Shown here: piece after piece, positions 23,485 through 33,989 of the stretch | Layout of the letters: the number at the start of each line of letters is the position of its first letter | How positions within the stretch are numbered: position 1 is the first letter of the stretch | Assembly: GCA_964036045.1 (NCBI GenBank) | Contig: OZ038378.1 | Span: forward strand, 180,854,001 to 180,918,000 | From: Eutreptiella sp. 'Long Island Sound 2002' | Lineage: Eukaryota; Protista; Euglenida | Direction: 5' to 3' | DNA: 64,000 nucleotides | Translations under genes and position numbers: made by a program | Notes under the pieces: model-generated | The model's input: only the letters and a program-made list of their open reading frames with translations | Told to the model about the DNA's origin: nothing | Database searches by the model: none

Positions 23485-24261
23485 GGTGACAAGATCAAAA
23501 ATAGCCTGTGTGCAGTGGTACATAAAAAATTCAGATTGACATACACGAGGGGAGACGACAGGAGATGGCACAGGCAGGGGTTGCATGTGTGTGTATGTGT
23601 GTGTGTGTTCATGGGCCAAACCCAAATTTGCTTATGACAAACATCAATTTGTTTCTGTGGGGGAGGCGCTCAATACCCTTTTTGGCTTCTGTCTGTATGA
23701 CGGCCGGTGGTTTTTTCATAAGCTACTTGTGCCACTTTCCCTTTTTGATTCTTTGTACCTATGTTCATATCTCAGATGTGGATCAAGCCTTTTTTGTGAT
23801 ATGGGAGGGGGGGGATGAACTCTTGGAGGAGGCAGGCACTTTTTCAGGGCAGGCACTGCTTTTGTCCTACCCCTACCCTAGGGGGGGGGGGGGTCCAGTC
23901 AAGGAGGCAGGCACCCACTCACCGTCTTGTCCACAGTACCTACCCAATATCAAACCAACCGCCTGGTTACCGGCAGAGCTGCTGCTTGATGCTTGTGCAG
24001 CTGCTGCTGCTGCTTCAAGATGCTGCCTGGGTGTTGGCGGAGCAGGCTTCCTAACCAGAAGGGCAGCCAACTTGGAGCCTTGTGCGGCATTACTCAGCCG
24101 ATTGCCATGCGCCGGGGACTTCAGATGCTCACGCATGGCATTCGGGTGGTCATCCACCCTCATACCACATTTGCAAAGTACTTTAATGATGAGCTGTCAA
24201 AATAAAAAGACAGAAAAATTTTGACCACTGTGGCACACACCTCAGCCTCCTGATCCCTTAC

Positions 24262-24335
24262 TGACGCACCCTGGAATTTGAACCAGGTTCACAGCACTTG
24301 CAAGCACAGCATCTTACCACTAACACACCCATCAC
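24262..24335 (-). pseudogene. Degenerate tRNA-like sequence (Gly-like) / SINE head inside the TIR element
   Basis: TGATGGGTGTGTTAGTGGTAAGATG...CTTGCAAG...CCTGGTTCAAATTCCAGG has A- and B-box-like motifs and a T-stem; the anticodon stem is broken. Confidence 0.55.
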
Positions 24336-24440
24336 CATCTTATACCCACCTCAGAAGTGGTATAGATATTTTACTTTGAATCTATTCCCTCAAAGAATCT
24401 AAGCCTGGCGCAGACTGCCGACAGTGGCGCATTAATTACC

Positions 24441-24510
24441 ACAGCGCCAGGGTTCGAACGCACGACCTGTAGAACGCAGGTGCAGTGCAGTACCGCTTGG
24501 GTACTGACCA
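24441..24510 (-). pseudogene. Second tRNA-derived head inside the TIR element
   Basis: GGTCAGTACCCAAGCGGTA...CAGGTCGTGCGTTCGAACCCTGG with B-box GTTCGAACC; no intact cloverleaf. Confidence 0.45.
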
Positions 24511-27500
24511 GATCTGGTACCCCCTTCTCAGGGGCAGAATGAAAATTTTGCTTACAAATATTGTCCCCCAAAAAGGCCAACCCACTCTTGGCCTACCCCC
24601 ATCGGGGGGGGGGGGGGTTGGGTTGGGTTGGGCTGGCGGCCTCATGCAGGAGCAGGCCCTCGGGTGTGGGCTTCCTTCCCTGCCCCACCACGAGGCTGAA
24701 CAACCTGACTGTCCGGTTCCAAGGCCGAGCGGACTATCGACAGCCACCAGACCCCACCGAAGCGCAGGTGGGCGGAAGATGCCGTCGTCCTGTGTGTAGG
24801 CGCGCGCGCGGGCAGGGGTGTGGGCGGGGGCTGGGCCTTGCGTGTGGGGGGCAAGTGTGGCCTGGTGCTCCAGGCCCGGTGGGGCAGGCCATGGGAGCCC
24901 GACGCTGAGCCCACCGGGGAGTAGTGGGCCAGGGCATCGCATCCTCCTGGTCACAGAGACACGCTGCCCGCCCGTCCCACGACTGCGTACGCACGGAGAC
25001 GGGTGTGCGCCGGGCACGACTGGGGGGGACCCGCGCTCCTTGACTGCCTGTTGGCACAGGTGGCGCTGCTGTACTAGCTGGGTCCCGCACTCCCACGGCC
25101 TGGGGCGCTGGTGGCAGGTGGAGGGGTCCCTGGGCGCGCTGAGTGCTTCCCTGCCCTGGGACCTTCCCGTTAGTCCTAGGGGCCCGTAGGGCACACCACC
25201 GGACTGGCCCCTCCAAGGGAAGGGGGGGGTAGGGGGCAGGGGTCGGCAGGTGGCTGTCTGGCCTCCAGGGGTCGCCCACAACTGCACTGCAGTGCACGGG
25301 GCTGTGCTGGCCTAGGCGTCTGTGATGAGGTTGGAGGGGCGCGTGCACACCTGGAGGTTCCCTGGGCAGGTCGCCCTAGGGATGCCCACAGCGGTCAAGC
25401 TGTGAGCCCTTCACAGCCTCCACTTTTCAGGCCCTGAGGGCGCCGACTCCGTGCACCCCTCCCGTCGGGGGCGCAGGCTGGGGGGGTTGAGTGGTGGATG
25501 GGTCTACCTGTCCGTTCATTGGCCCATGGTGTTCACTTGTTTGGGAGAGGAGGACCACCTGCTGGGTTACCATGCGGGTCCCAGATCCCGACATACTCGT
25601 CATTCAGCGTCCGCCCCTTTTCCGCGAGGGGAGGGACCTCGTTCACCATGTGCCGGCCTGCAGTGAGGGTGCGAGGGCATGCTGGGGGCGAGGGGGCGGG
25701 TCTCCTTTTGGTCCCGCCCCATTTCTGTTGGGGGGGGGGGGTAGGGGCAGCAAAAAGTCTGCTCCCCAGTTTCCTGGTCCCCAAGGGGAACCAGCCCACG
25801 GCCTGCACCCTCGCTTTGTGGTGGCTGAAATTTGGGCCCACTGAGTGGGGGGGGGGGGGAGGGTGTTTCTGCTGAGGGCACCCAGAATTTCCAAAAAGGC
25901 AGGCAGGCACCCCCAACCCTGGGGGAGGGTGTGCGCGCCACTAAAAAAAGGCTTGATGTGGATGCAGTGGTCATTGTGAGAGAGTCCAAAGGATTTTTTG
26001 CATAGGATATGTCTCTAGTGATGGTGCATGCATATCATGGTCCAGCTTGTGACCTAAATGCCACACAGCGGGAGCAAAACATATGGTGACACCCTGAAAG
26101 CTAGCTTGCATCCCAACAATCTGGTAAGATCCGGAAATTCTCCCTCCATCTCCCTACCATCTCCCTACACTTCCCTTCATCTCCTTCATCTACTTCCAGT
26201 ATACTTCATCACTCAGCCATCTCCCTTCATCTTTGTGCATCTCTGTGGATCTCTCTACATCTCCCTACATCTCCTTACCATCTGCCTACATCTCCACTAT
26301 AACGGAGAACGTATTCCTAAAGTCCATGGGGGGTAGGAGATATGCCTCCAAATGCAAAACTGTGCTAACAATTCACGCCATGACGTGAGAGGCCAATGAG
26401 GAAAGCATGAGAGCCCATCACAGGAGCCCCAATGGTGCTGCTGAAGAATTGCAAGTCGCCAAGTTATCACCCAACATTGCAAACACGCATCACCCAGTGG
26501 CCCATCCGGACACAAGTTTTGCAGGCAGCCAAAGATCTGTGATTCCTCTGTTACCATAAGCACTGTGGTGGAGCTGTTGATAACTCTCTGCTCTTGAACA
26601 GCAGGGCTTCTGCCCACTGTCCCAATCACTTCAGCCAACTTGGATCTCTGCATGCCCTCCTCTGGGCACAAGGGCTGAATTTACATTTCATCTGTGTTAA
26701 ACAGTTTGGTGGAAAGCACTGCCAGGTCTACAGCTCCCTAGGCGAAGGGAGAAAACGTGTCCAAAATTTCACACAGCGCACGGTGCGTGCCCAGAGAGAC
26801 CCACTAGCTGACTAACTGACCAACACAAGGAAAATCAAAAGAAACATTCTCTTCCTGCGCCCCTGGCACCAGAAGTATGGGACCCAGCCAGCAGACCCAC
26901 AGTGTATGCTGACGGTTGGGTGAGTGGGGGTCCCTGACAAGGAACCCACACTTTTCAAAAAAAAAATCCACCCCCCAAAAAAGCCAACCAAAAAAAGCCC
27001 CACCGCAACTCGTCTGCAGAATCAAACAACGGCCTGGGCCTGATGATGTACCCATAGAGAGCAAAGTGAAACAGATGTAATTGCCCAATCCGCCCATTGC
27101 CCAACTACCATGGGAGCACAACTATGTGTCCCCACAGTGCCACAGGGCTCATGTGATGGACCAGTAGTCAGCACCACACTCTAATGGTCCCAGAATCTTG
27201 GCAAGCACAGCACTGCCCTCTGACCGTTGGAAATCGACAACAGTAGCAGCTAGTAGCAGCTGAGTACGTGTCAATATGATCAACATCCACGGCTGAAATT
27301 GCGAAAAACTAAGCGTTCTGCATGGCACAGGGTACAGCATAATGACTTGCATACAATAAATTCACAGCAATTCACCAATAATACCAGCTTGCCCAACCAG
27401 ACAGACACACGGAAGAACCTCACCATCCAACCCGGTAATGAAAATTGGAACACTCAAAGTTGGTGGTATCCCTGCCACTGGAAACACAAGGGTGGGTGTT

Positions 27501-28149
27501 TCTCAAGGGGGAAGGAGGGTACACTAACACTGGTTCTCCATGCCCTTTAGATGCCACTGCATTTTGTTCAATAACTTGTGTATGCTGTGCCATATGCCAT
27601 GGCCAGGTTGCATTTGGCCCATGCCCATCGTACCTGATTGCCCAGTTACACTTCCCACCACCCATGAAGGCTGGTGTTTGCCTAATGACCTGCTGAAAAA
27701 TGTCCTTCACAATGTTGCATATTTGTTCTACCTCATCCAGGTGTCGCAGCACCTGTTGACACTGCCGGTGCCACGTTTGGGATCGCCGACTGCGTTAGTC
27801 TGAGAGCAAAATTGCACGTTCACTGACCTTTGTGTTTCTCCACAAAGGTGATCACTGTTTCACATTCCACTGGACAGGGACCAACACAGGGCTAACTGCA
27901 TTCAGAGCAAGAGTTGCAGTGAACAGGGAGGCAGGCTCCTGCCGTCTCGGCAGCCATGGAATGGGGAAGACTCAAGAAGGCTACACAACACGCTACCCAA
28001 AGCAGGAAAGACTCAACATGGTAAAACCCTACCATCTTAGGTTTTGTACTGCAAGGAGGACTGAAATTTGCCATAAACCTACCCAATTTTGCACAAGGTG
28101 CCCATTTCTGTACCCCCCCACTCAGGGTTTTTCTTAACCACAGGGTCAC

Positions 28150-28745
28150 TTGGAGGGTCTCTAGGGAGGGTCCGGGTTGCCCGTGAGGGTCTTGCGGGAA
28201 GTTGTGAGTCTTTCTAGATGGTCTCCGCGTAGGGTCTTCCTAGAGGGTCTCTGAGTAGGGTCTCTGTGGAGGGTCTCTGTGGAGGGTCTCTCGAGAGGTC
28301 TCCCTAGGATCTGCTTGGAGGATCTCTGCAGAGAGTCTCCCTAGAGAGCCTCCCATGGGGTTCCCCCGGGAGGGTGTCTTGGAGGGGTCTCTGTGGAGGA
28401 GCTCATGGGAGGGTCACCTAGAGGGTCTCCAAGGAGGGTCCGGGTCTCCTGGGAGGTTGTGAGTCTCCCTAGATGGTCTCCATGGAGGGTCACTGTGGAG
28501 GGTCTCCATGGAGGGTCCACTTGGAGGGTCTCTCGGGAGGTCTCCTGAGAGAATCTCCTTGGAGGATCTCCGCAGAGGTTCTCCTTGAAGGGTCTCCCTT
28601 GAGGATCTTTAGGAGGGTCCAGGTCGCCTGCGAGGGTATCCTGGGAGGTTGTGAGTCTCCCTCAATGGTCTCCCTAGATGGTCTTGATAGATGGTCTCTG
28701 TGGAGGGTCTCCTTAGAGGGTCTCTTGGGAGGTCTCCCTGGAGGA
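28150..28745. repeat. GGAGGGTCTC satellite, spacer 4 (shorter variant)
   Basis: Matches spacer 3. Confidence 0.9.
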
Positions 28746-30147
28746 TTTCCGACACACAATAAGAAAATCCCTGCTCCCACTACCCTTGCAAGAACAATGG
28801 TAAAAGCACTGAAAATGAGAGAAACAACGCCTCCTGTTGTACTGACAAGGGCGTTGTTTGCGCGCACCGTGAACTGACACAAGCAGCAAAGCAATGCATC
28901 ACTGAGGCCCAGACAGCCATCCCTATGGAGGTGCATCAAAGTCATGTACTGAAGAGAGGAGCAAAAAGTAGCAGGACAGTCATCAATGAAAAGAGAAAAA
29001 TGGCGGAAAACACCTGGTGTTGTTCTGACAAAGGCATTGTTCTCACAGGGGATTTGCTTTTTGGCCTGCCATTGAAACTGGTAGTAGCGGTGGTACATGG
29101 GCTGTGGTGAAATAAATCATAGTCGGGGATGGATGCTAAGGTAGCTTTGTTGTTGGACCTACGTGGTACACATGTGAGTGAAAAAGGAATGTCGATATGC
29201 AGTTCTGTGCGACGCGATCATGTGTGCATAAGGCAAAAGCGTTGTAATAGAATCCTCCTCAACATGGGAGGATAGAGTGTTATGGTACATATAATTGTCC
29301 GACTGACATAAACAAGGGCAGACAAAAGTACCCGGCACAGGCAGGGGGTGCATGTGTGTGTGTGTGTGCATGGCCAGATGTGATGATGTGATGCGAAGCT
29401 GGTGGTTCATGCCATATGATATGAAGATCTTGGATTCAGGCTTTCGGAATTGCACTGCACGCTCGTGCACCAACATCTTGTACAGGGTAGACTCGCTCCA
29501 AAAAAACCTAGAATCACAACCTTCACGTGCAATGACAAGGTGGAACCTGCCCAACGTCTGTCCTCCGTACCGCTGGCGTGTCTTTAGGTGGTGTGACTGT
29601 ACCAGGAGGCAACGGTTGATGGGCAGTCGCAGGGGCCGGTTCGCGGCAAGAACAAAGCAGCACAAGCCGCAGGGCAAATCGATATTGGTATTGGTGTACT
29701 GGTACCACCCCTGACCAATCATGAAACAAACAAACAGGGCACATACAGAGACTGCCACACGTCAGTGCACAGGGCTTGTGGCAGGTGGGATGGGAGGACC
29801 ACGAGGAGCGGGTCTCCTGGATGGGGGTCCCTTGCTGGAACCTCAGTGATGGGTCCAGGTGTGTGTGTATGAGGGCGGGAGTGCTCCCCTGATGGCTGCG
29901 GACTGCAAACTGGTTGCGTCTCGCTGCCACTTCAGAACTGGCCCTGAATCGTCGATCTATCTGCACTCACTGCCTGTACAGGTCATGTCACAAATCAGAT
30001 GCATGGCGCTCCGTTTGTGCATGGTTCATAGGATAGCCACACATCTCCTAAACTGGTTGGCTGGATGATGAAAACCAGCCTCGCTTCATGCCGTTCGTCA
30101 TACCCATTTACATGGGCACAACGCAACACCAACGGGTTGGTTCGTGG

Positions 30148-31491
30148 TTAATCCTTTCCCAGCAGCTGTGCCAGGGTGGTAACCCCGAAGCGCTGCGGGG
30201 CATTGGTTTCCTTGACGTCCTTGCCCACCAATTTGCCTTTCACAACGTACTCCTTGCCCATGTGGGTCTGCGCCCAGGACATCACCATGTCCATGACGGG
30301 GGTGTCGTAGCCGACAATGTCAGCAATGCCCTTGTAGATGCAGAGACCCAAGGGGATGTCTTCCGTAAAGTAGCGGTTCTTGAAGTCGGGCACCCAGCCA
30401 CCACCCTCCTCCTTCAATGGGGAGCGGAAGCCCTTGTAGCAAGGGGCGGTGGCAAAGAAGGTCTTTGTACTTGTAAGGTCCGGCTTGTCATCCTCGTAGA
30501 CCCATCCGAGGAAGTCTTTGATGTGCGGGATCTTGAGGTCCACACCCGACTGCTCCTTGATGGTCTCTCCGATCATCTGCAGCTCCAAATTGACAGCGTC
30601 CATCAGTCCAGCGCTGGCCTCATCAATGGCCTCATAGAATAGAGGATTCTCCGGCAGTGTTTTACCCGGGCGCCACTTGTCGCAGATGCGGAACACGCGC
30701 TGGGGATGGATGATGGCATTGATGGGGTACATTGTGGCTGCCAACAAGTGGGCCAGGGGTTCGGAGCTCGCCTGGAACATGCACGCCGTGATCTCGCAGC
30801 ACTCCGCAGTCTTTGTGGGTGGCAGGGCTCCCACGCGGTACTTCTTCTTAAGGACCTGCACATGCACCTGCTTCCCAAAATCCGTGATACGGCAGTTCAG
30901 GGGCATGGGCATGACGGCAAAGAAGATCAGTTCCTTCATCTTTGGCCCTAGCACCTCACGAGCCACCCAGTCAAAGCCGCCCTGGCCGGGGGTTATGCCC
31001 ACGTATGTACCGGGCTTCACGTGGTCTTTGAGGTCCTTAAGTACGCTGGGATACGCAAACGAGGGCAGTGGCATGATCAGCACATTGCACTCCGGCACCA
31101 CCTCTGCAGGGTCCTTGGAGATCTTATCAGGCTTGCCCATAGTGATGGTGTCGTCTGACCAGTGGACCTTCATGCCGCCCTGCTCATTGATCCCCTTTCG
31201 GATCCTCTCCGCCTCGTCACCGAACCCGCACCACATATTGCACGGGATCCCGAACGAGGGCAGGATGCAGGCGAAGGCCTGGGCGGCGTTCCCACCACCA
31301 ACAATGCACACCTTTTTGATCAAGGGGCTAATGGGAACCTTGGGCCTTTCATGCATAGCCTTCTTGGCCATCCAGTCATGCAAATATGGCAGAGCTGCTG
31401 CCGGTTGATCCTTCACAAGGCCTGTGATCATGTCGTTGATCAACTGTGGTACGTTGTGCTGGACCAAATAGCTGAGGTCTTCGGTACTCAT
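30148..31491 (-). CDS. odh: D/D-opine dehydrogenase fusion, copy 5
   Basis: Translation identical from MSTEDL; the upstream (GT)n tract has one extra unit. Confidence 0.93.
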   Translation of the reverse strand: MSTEDLSYLVQHNVPQLINDMITGLVKDQPAAALPYLHDWMAKKAMHERPKVPISPLIKKVCIVGGGNAAQAFACILPSFGIPCNMWCGFGDEAERIRKGINEQGGMKVHWSDDTITMGKPDKISKDPAEVVPECNVLIMPLPSFAYPSVLKDLKDHVKPGTYVGITPGQGGFDWVAREVLGPKMKELIFFAVMPMPLNCRITDFGKQVHVQVLKKKYRVGALPPTKTAECCEITACMFQASSEPLAHLLAATMYPINAIIHPQRVFRICDKWRPGKTLPENPLFYEAIDEASAGLMDAVNLELQMIGETIKEQSGVDLKIPHIKDFLGWVYEDDKPDLTSTKTFFATAPCYKGFRSPLKEEGGGWVPDFKNRYFTEDIPLGLCIYKGIADIVGYDTPVMDMVMSWAQTHMGKEYVVKGKLVGKDVKETNAPQRFGVTTLAQLLGKD

Positions 31492-32406
31492 GGTGACAAG
31501 ATCAAAAATAGCCTGTGTGCAGTGGTACATAAAAAATTCAGATTGACATACACGAGGGGAGACAACAGGAGATGGCACAGGCAGGGGTTGCATGTGTGTG
31601 TATGTGTGTGTGTGTGTTCATGGGCCAAACCCAAATTTGCTTATGACAAACATCAATTTGTTTCTGTGGGGGAGGCGCTCAATACCCTTTTTGGCTTCTG
31701 TCTGTATGACAGCCGCTGGTCTTTCATAAGCTACTTGTGCCACTTTCCCTTTTTGATTCTTTGTACCTATGTTCATATCTCAGATGTGGATGCAGTGGTC
31801 ATTGTGAGAGAGTCCAAAGGATTTATTGCATAGGATATGTCTCTCGTGACGGTGCATGCATATCATGGTCCAGCTTGTGACCTAAATGCCACACAGCAGG
31901 AGCAAAACATATGGTGACACCCTGAAAGCTAGCTTGCATCCCAACAATCTGGTAAGATCCGGAAATTCTCCCTCCATCTCCCTACCATCTCCCTACCATC
32001 TCCCTGCCATCTCCCTACACTTCCCTTCATCTCCTTCATCTACTTCCGGTATACTTCATCACTCAGCCATCTCCCTTCATCTTTGTGCATCTCTGTGGAT
32101 CTCTCTACATCTCCCTACATCTCCTTACCATCTGCCTACATCTCCACTATAACGGAGAATGTATTCCTAAAGTCCATGGGGGGTAGGAGATATGCCTCCA
32201 AATGCAAAACTGTGCTAACGATTCACGCCATGACGTGAGAGGGCAATGAGGAAAGCATGAGGGCCCATCACAGGAGCCCCAATGGTGCTGCTGAAGAATT
32301 GCAAGTCGCCAAGTTATCACCCAACATCGCAAACACGGATCACCCAGCGGCCCATCGGGACACAAGTTTTGCAGGCAGCCAAAGATCTGTGCTTCCTCCG
32401 TTACCA

Positions 32407-33270
32407 CATTTCTCCCCACGTGTGGGCCCCCGAGAAGGCATTGGTGAGGCAGCCAATTCTGATTTTGTCCCCTTGTTGGGGACCCTTGAGAAAGCAGGGT
32501 TTATGTAGCATTTCCGCCCCCTTGTGGGCCCCCGAGAAGGTCGGGTGAGGCAGCCAATTCTGATTTTGTCCCCTTGTTGGGGACCCCCAAGAATGTAGGG
32601 GTTATGTAGCATTTCCACCGACTTGTGGGCCCCGGAGAAGGCAGAGGTGAGGCAGCCAATTCTGCTTTCGTCCCCTTTGTTGGGGACCCCCGAGAATGTA
32701 GGGGTTATGTAGCATTTCCGCCCATGTGTGGGCCCCCGAGAAGGCAGGGGTGAGGCAGCCAATTCTGATTTTGTCCCCTTGTTGGGGACCCCCGAGAATG
32801 TAGGGGTCATGTAGCATTTCCACCGACTTGTGGGCCCCTGAGAAGGCAGAGGTGAGGCAACCAATTCTGATTTCGTCCCCTTTGTTGGGGACCCCCAAGA
32901 ATGTAGGGTTTTGAAACATACATGAACTCCTTCTTAAAAACAAGCACGGTTCGGCTTGGGTGGGGGGCCACTGGCAACTGTGGCCGGGAATTGACTCGGG
33001 GGTGCTATGCCATTAAACACAAGTACCAACTACCCCCCCCCCCCCCCTGGCCTTCCCCACCCCAAGGAAGACGGCCCCCCACCGCCACCTGGGGTTATGT
33101 GGCATTTCCGCCCATGTGTGGGCCCCCGAGAAGGCAAGGGTGAGGCAGCCAATTCTGATTTGGTCCCCTTGTTGGGGACCCCCAAGAATGCAGGGGTTAT
33201 GTAGCATTTCCACCGACTTGTGGGCCCCTGAGAAGGCAGGGGTGAGGCAACCAATTTTGATTTTGCCCCT
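32407..33270. repeat. ~102-bp tandem/dispersed repeat (GTGGGCCCCGAGAAGGCA..GGTGAGGCAGCCAATTCTGATTTTGTCCCC..GGGGACCCCCGAGAATGTAGGGG), ~7 copies; related pieces at ~44190-44320, ~49080-49125 and ~50720-50875 (reverse)
   Basis: GTGGGCCCC starts at 32422, 32524, 32625, 32728 and 32830, then again near 33118 and 33220 after an interruption. Confidence 0.9.
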
Positions 33271-33989
33271 CTTCCTCTTTTGAGCTAGCCATCAATGTAT
33301 ATTGTCATGCCTACTGCTTTGCTTTGAAGCTTTGAAGCACGCAATGGCATATGTATTAAGAAATCGGCCACAATGAGTCCCTTTGGCAAGGATGATACCT
33401 CATTGTAAAACACACACTTGTGTGCTAGTCAGAGGTGGTGCACTCTTTTGTCAACCCCGATCTTCGGGCTTTTGGAGCAAATGGCCTGAATGTCATGGTT
33501 CGCGAAAAAGGGCCACACTCTATGGCTTCGTATGCAAGTCGGGGGCTAATCATTTGGGGGCAGCAGTGTGAAAGCGTCCGCCAATTTTTCTTGGTGCCGG
33601 CCATAGAGAAACTCATGCCTGGGGAGAGGGCGTGGTCCTTGGGCACCCAGGCACGTCGGCCGAAGCCTTGCCCCCTATGACGAGGTGGATGCCGAAATGG
33701 AGCTCTAGAAGGCCTAGAGAGTTTTGGTGAGCCTTCCTTTCCGGCTTGTATTGTTGTTGCATGATATGGGACTATCCAACCCATGGCATCTGCCGAAATC
33801 TAGACACCATCTTTCCCAAAGAATGGCACAGAGAGAGGCTCTAAAATGATATGAGCCACGATGCAACATATGTGGAAAGAAAGGGGTGCACAAGAGAAAT
33901 GTGAGGCCTATTCCGTCTCCTACCACAAAAAATGCGGGCACACGTGAATCCCCGTTCCACAACAACCCCATCCAGCCCCCGTTCCCAAC

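Larger units (their letters stand above)
23784..25955. mobile_element. Non-autonomous DNA transposon, 2172 bp, 12-bp TIR CAAGCCTTTTTT, 8-bp TSD ATGTGGAT (P- or hAT-type hallmarks)
   Basis: Empty site ctcagATGTGGATgcagtgg in the other four units. Here ATGTGGAT (23776-23783), CAAGCCTTTTTT ... AAAAAAGGCTTG, ATGTGGAT (25956-25963). Subterminal GCAGGCAC motifs; no transposase ORF. Confidence 0.93.
930..32406. repeat. Tandem segmental array, 5 odh-containing units; stop-codon spacings 7151, 6616, 5853 and 8007 bp (basic unit ~5.83-5.85 kb)
   Basis: Near-identical blocks recur in order: 3' flank, odh, 5' flank, CT-rich tract, 653-bp block, GGAGGGTCTC satellite, dispersed-repeat block. Length differences are explained by the insertions/replacements listed separately. 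Confidence 0.95.

Noticed and set aside
24436-25348. 283 and 204-aa ORFs inside the TIR element
   Set aside because: GC-rich low-complexity translations in several overlapping frames, with no transposase or other motif.
32407-33270. CRISPR-like array (also considered for the 84-, 41- and 21-bp repeats)
   Set aside because: Units are contiguous without unique spacers, there are no cas genes, and the context is eukaryotic.
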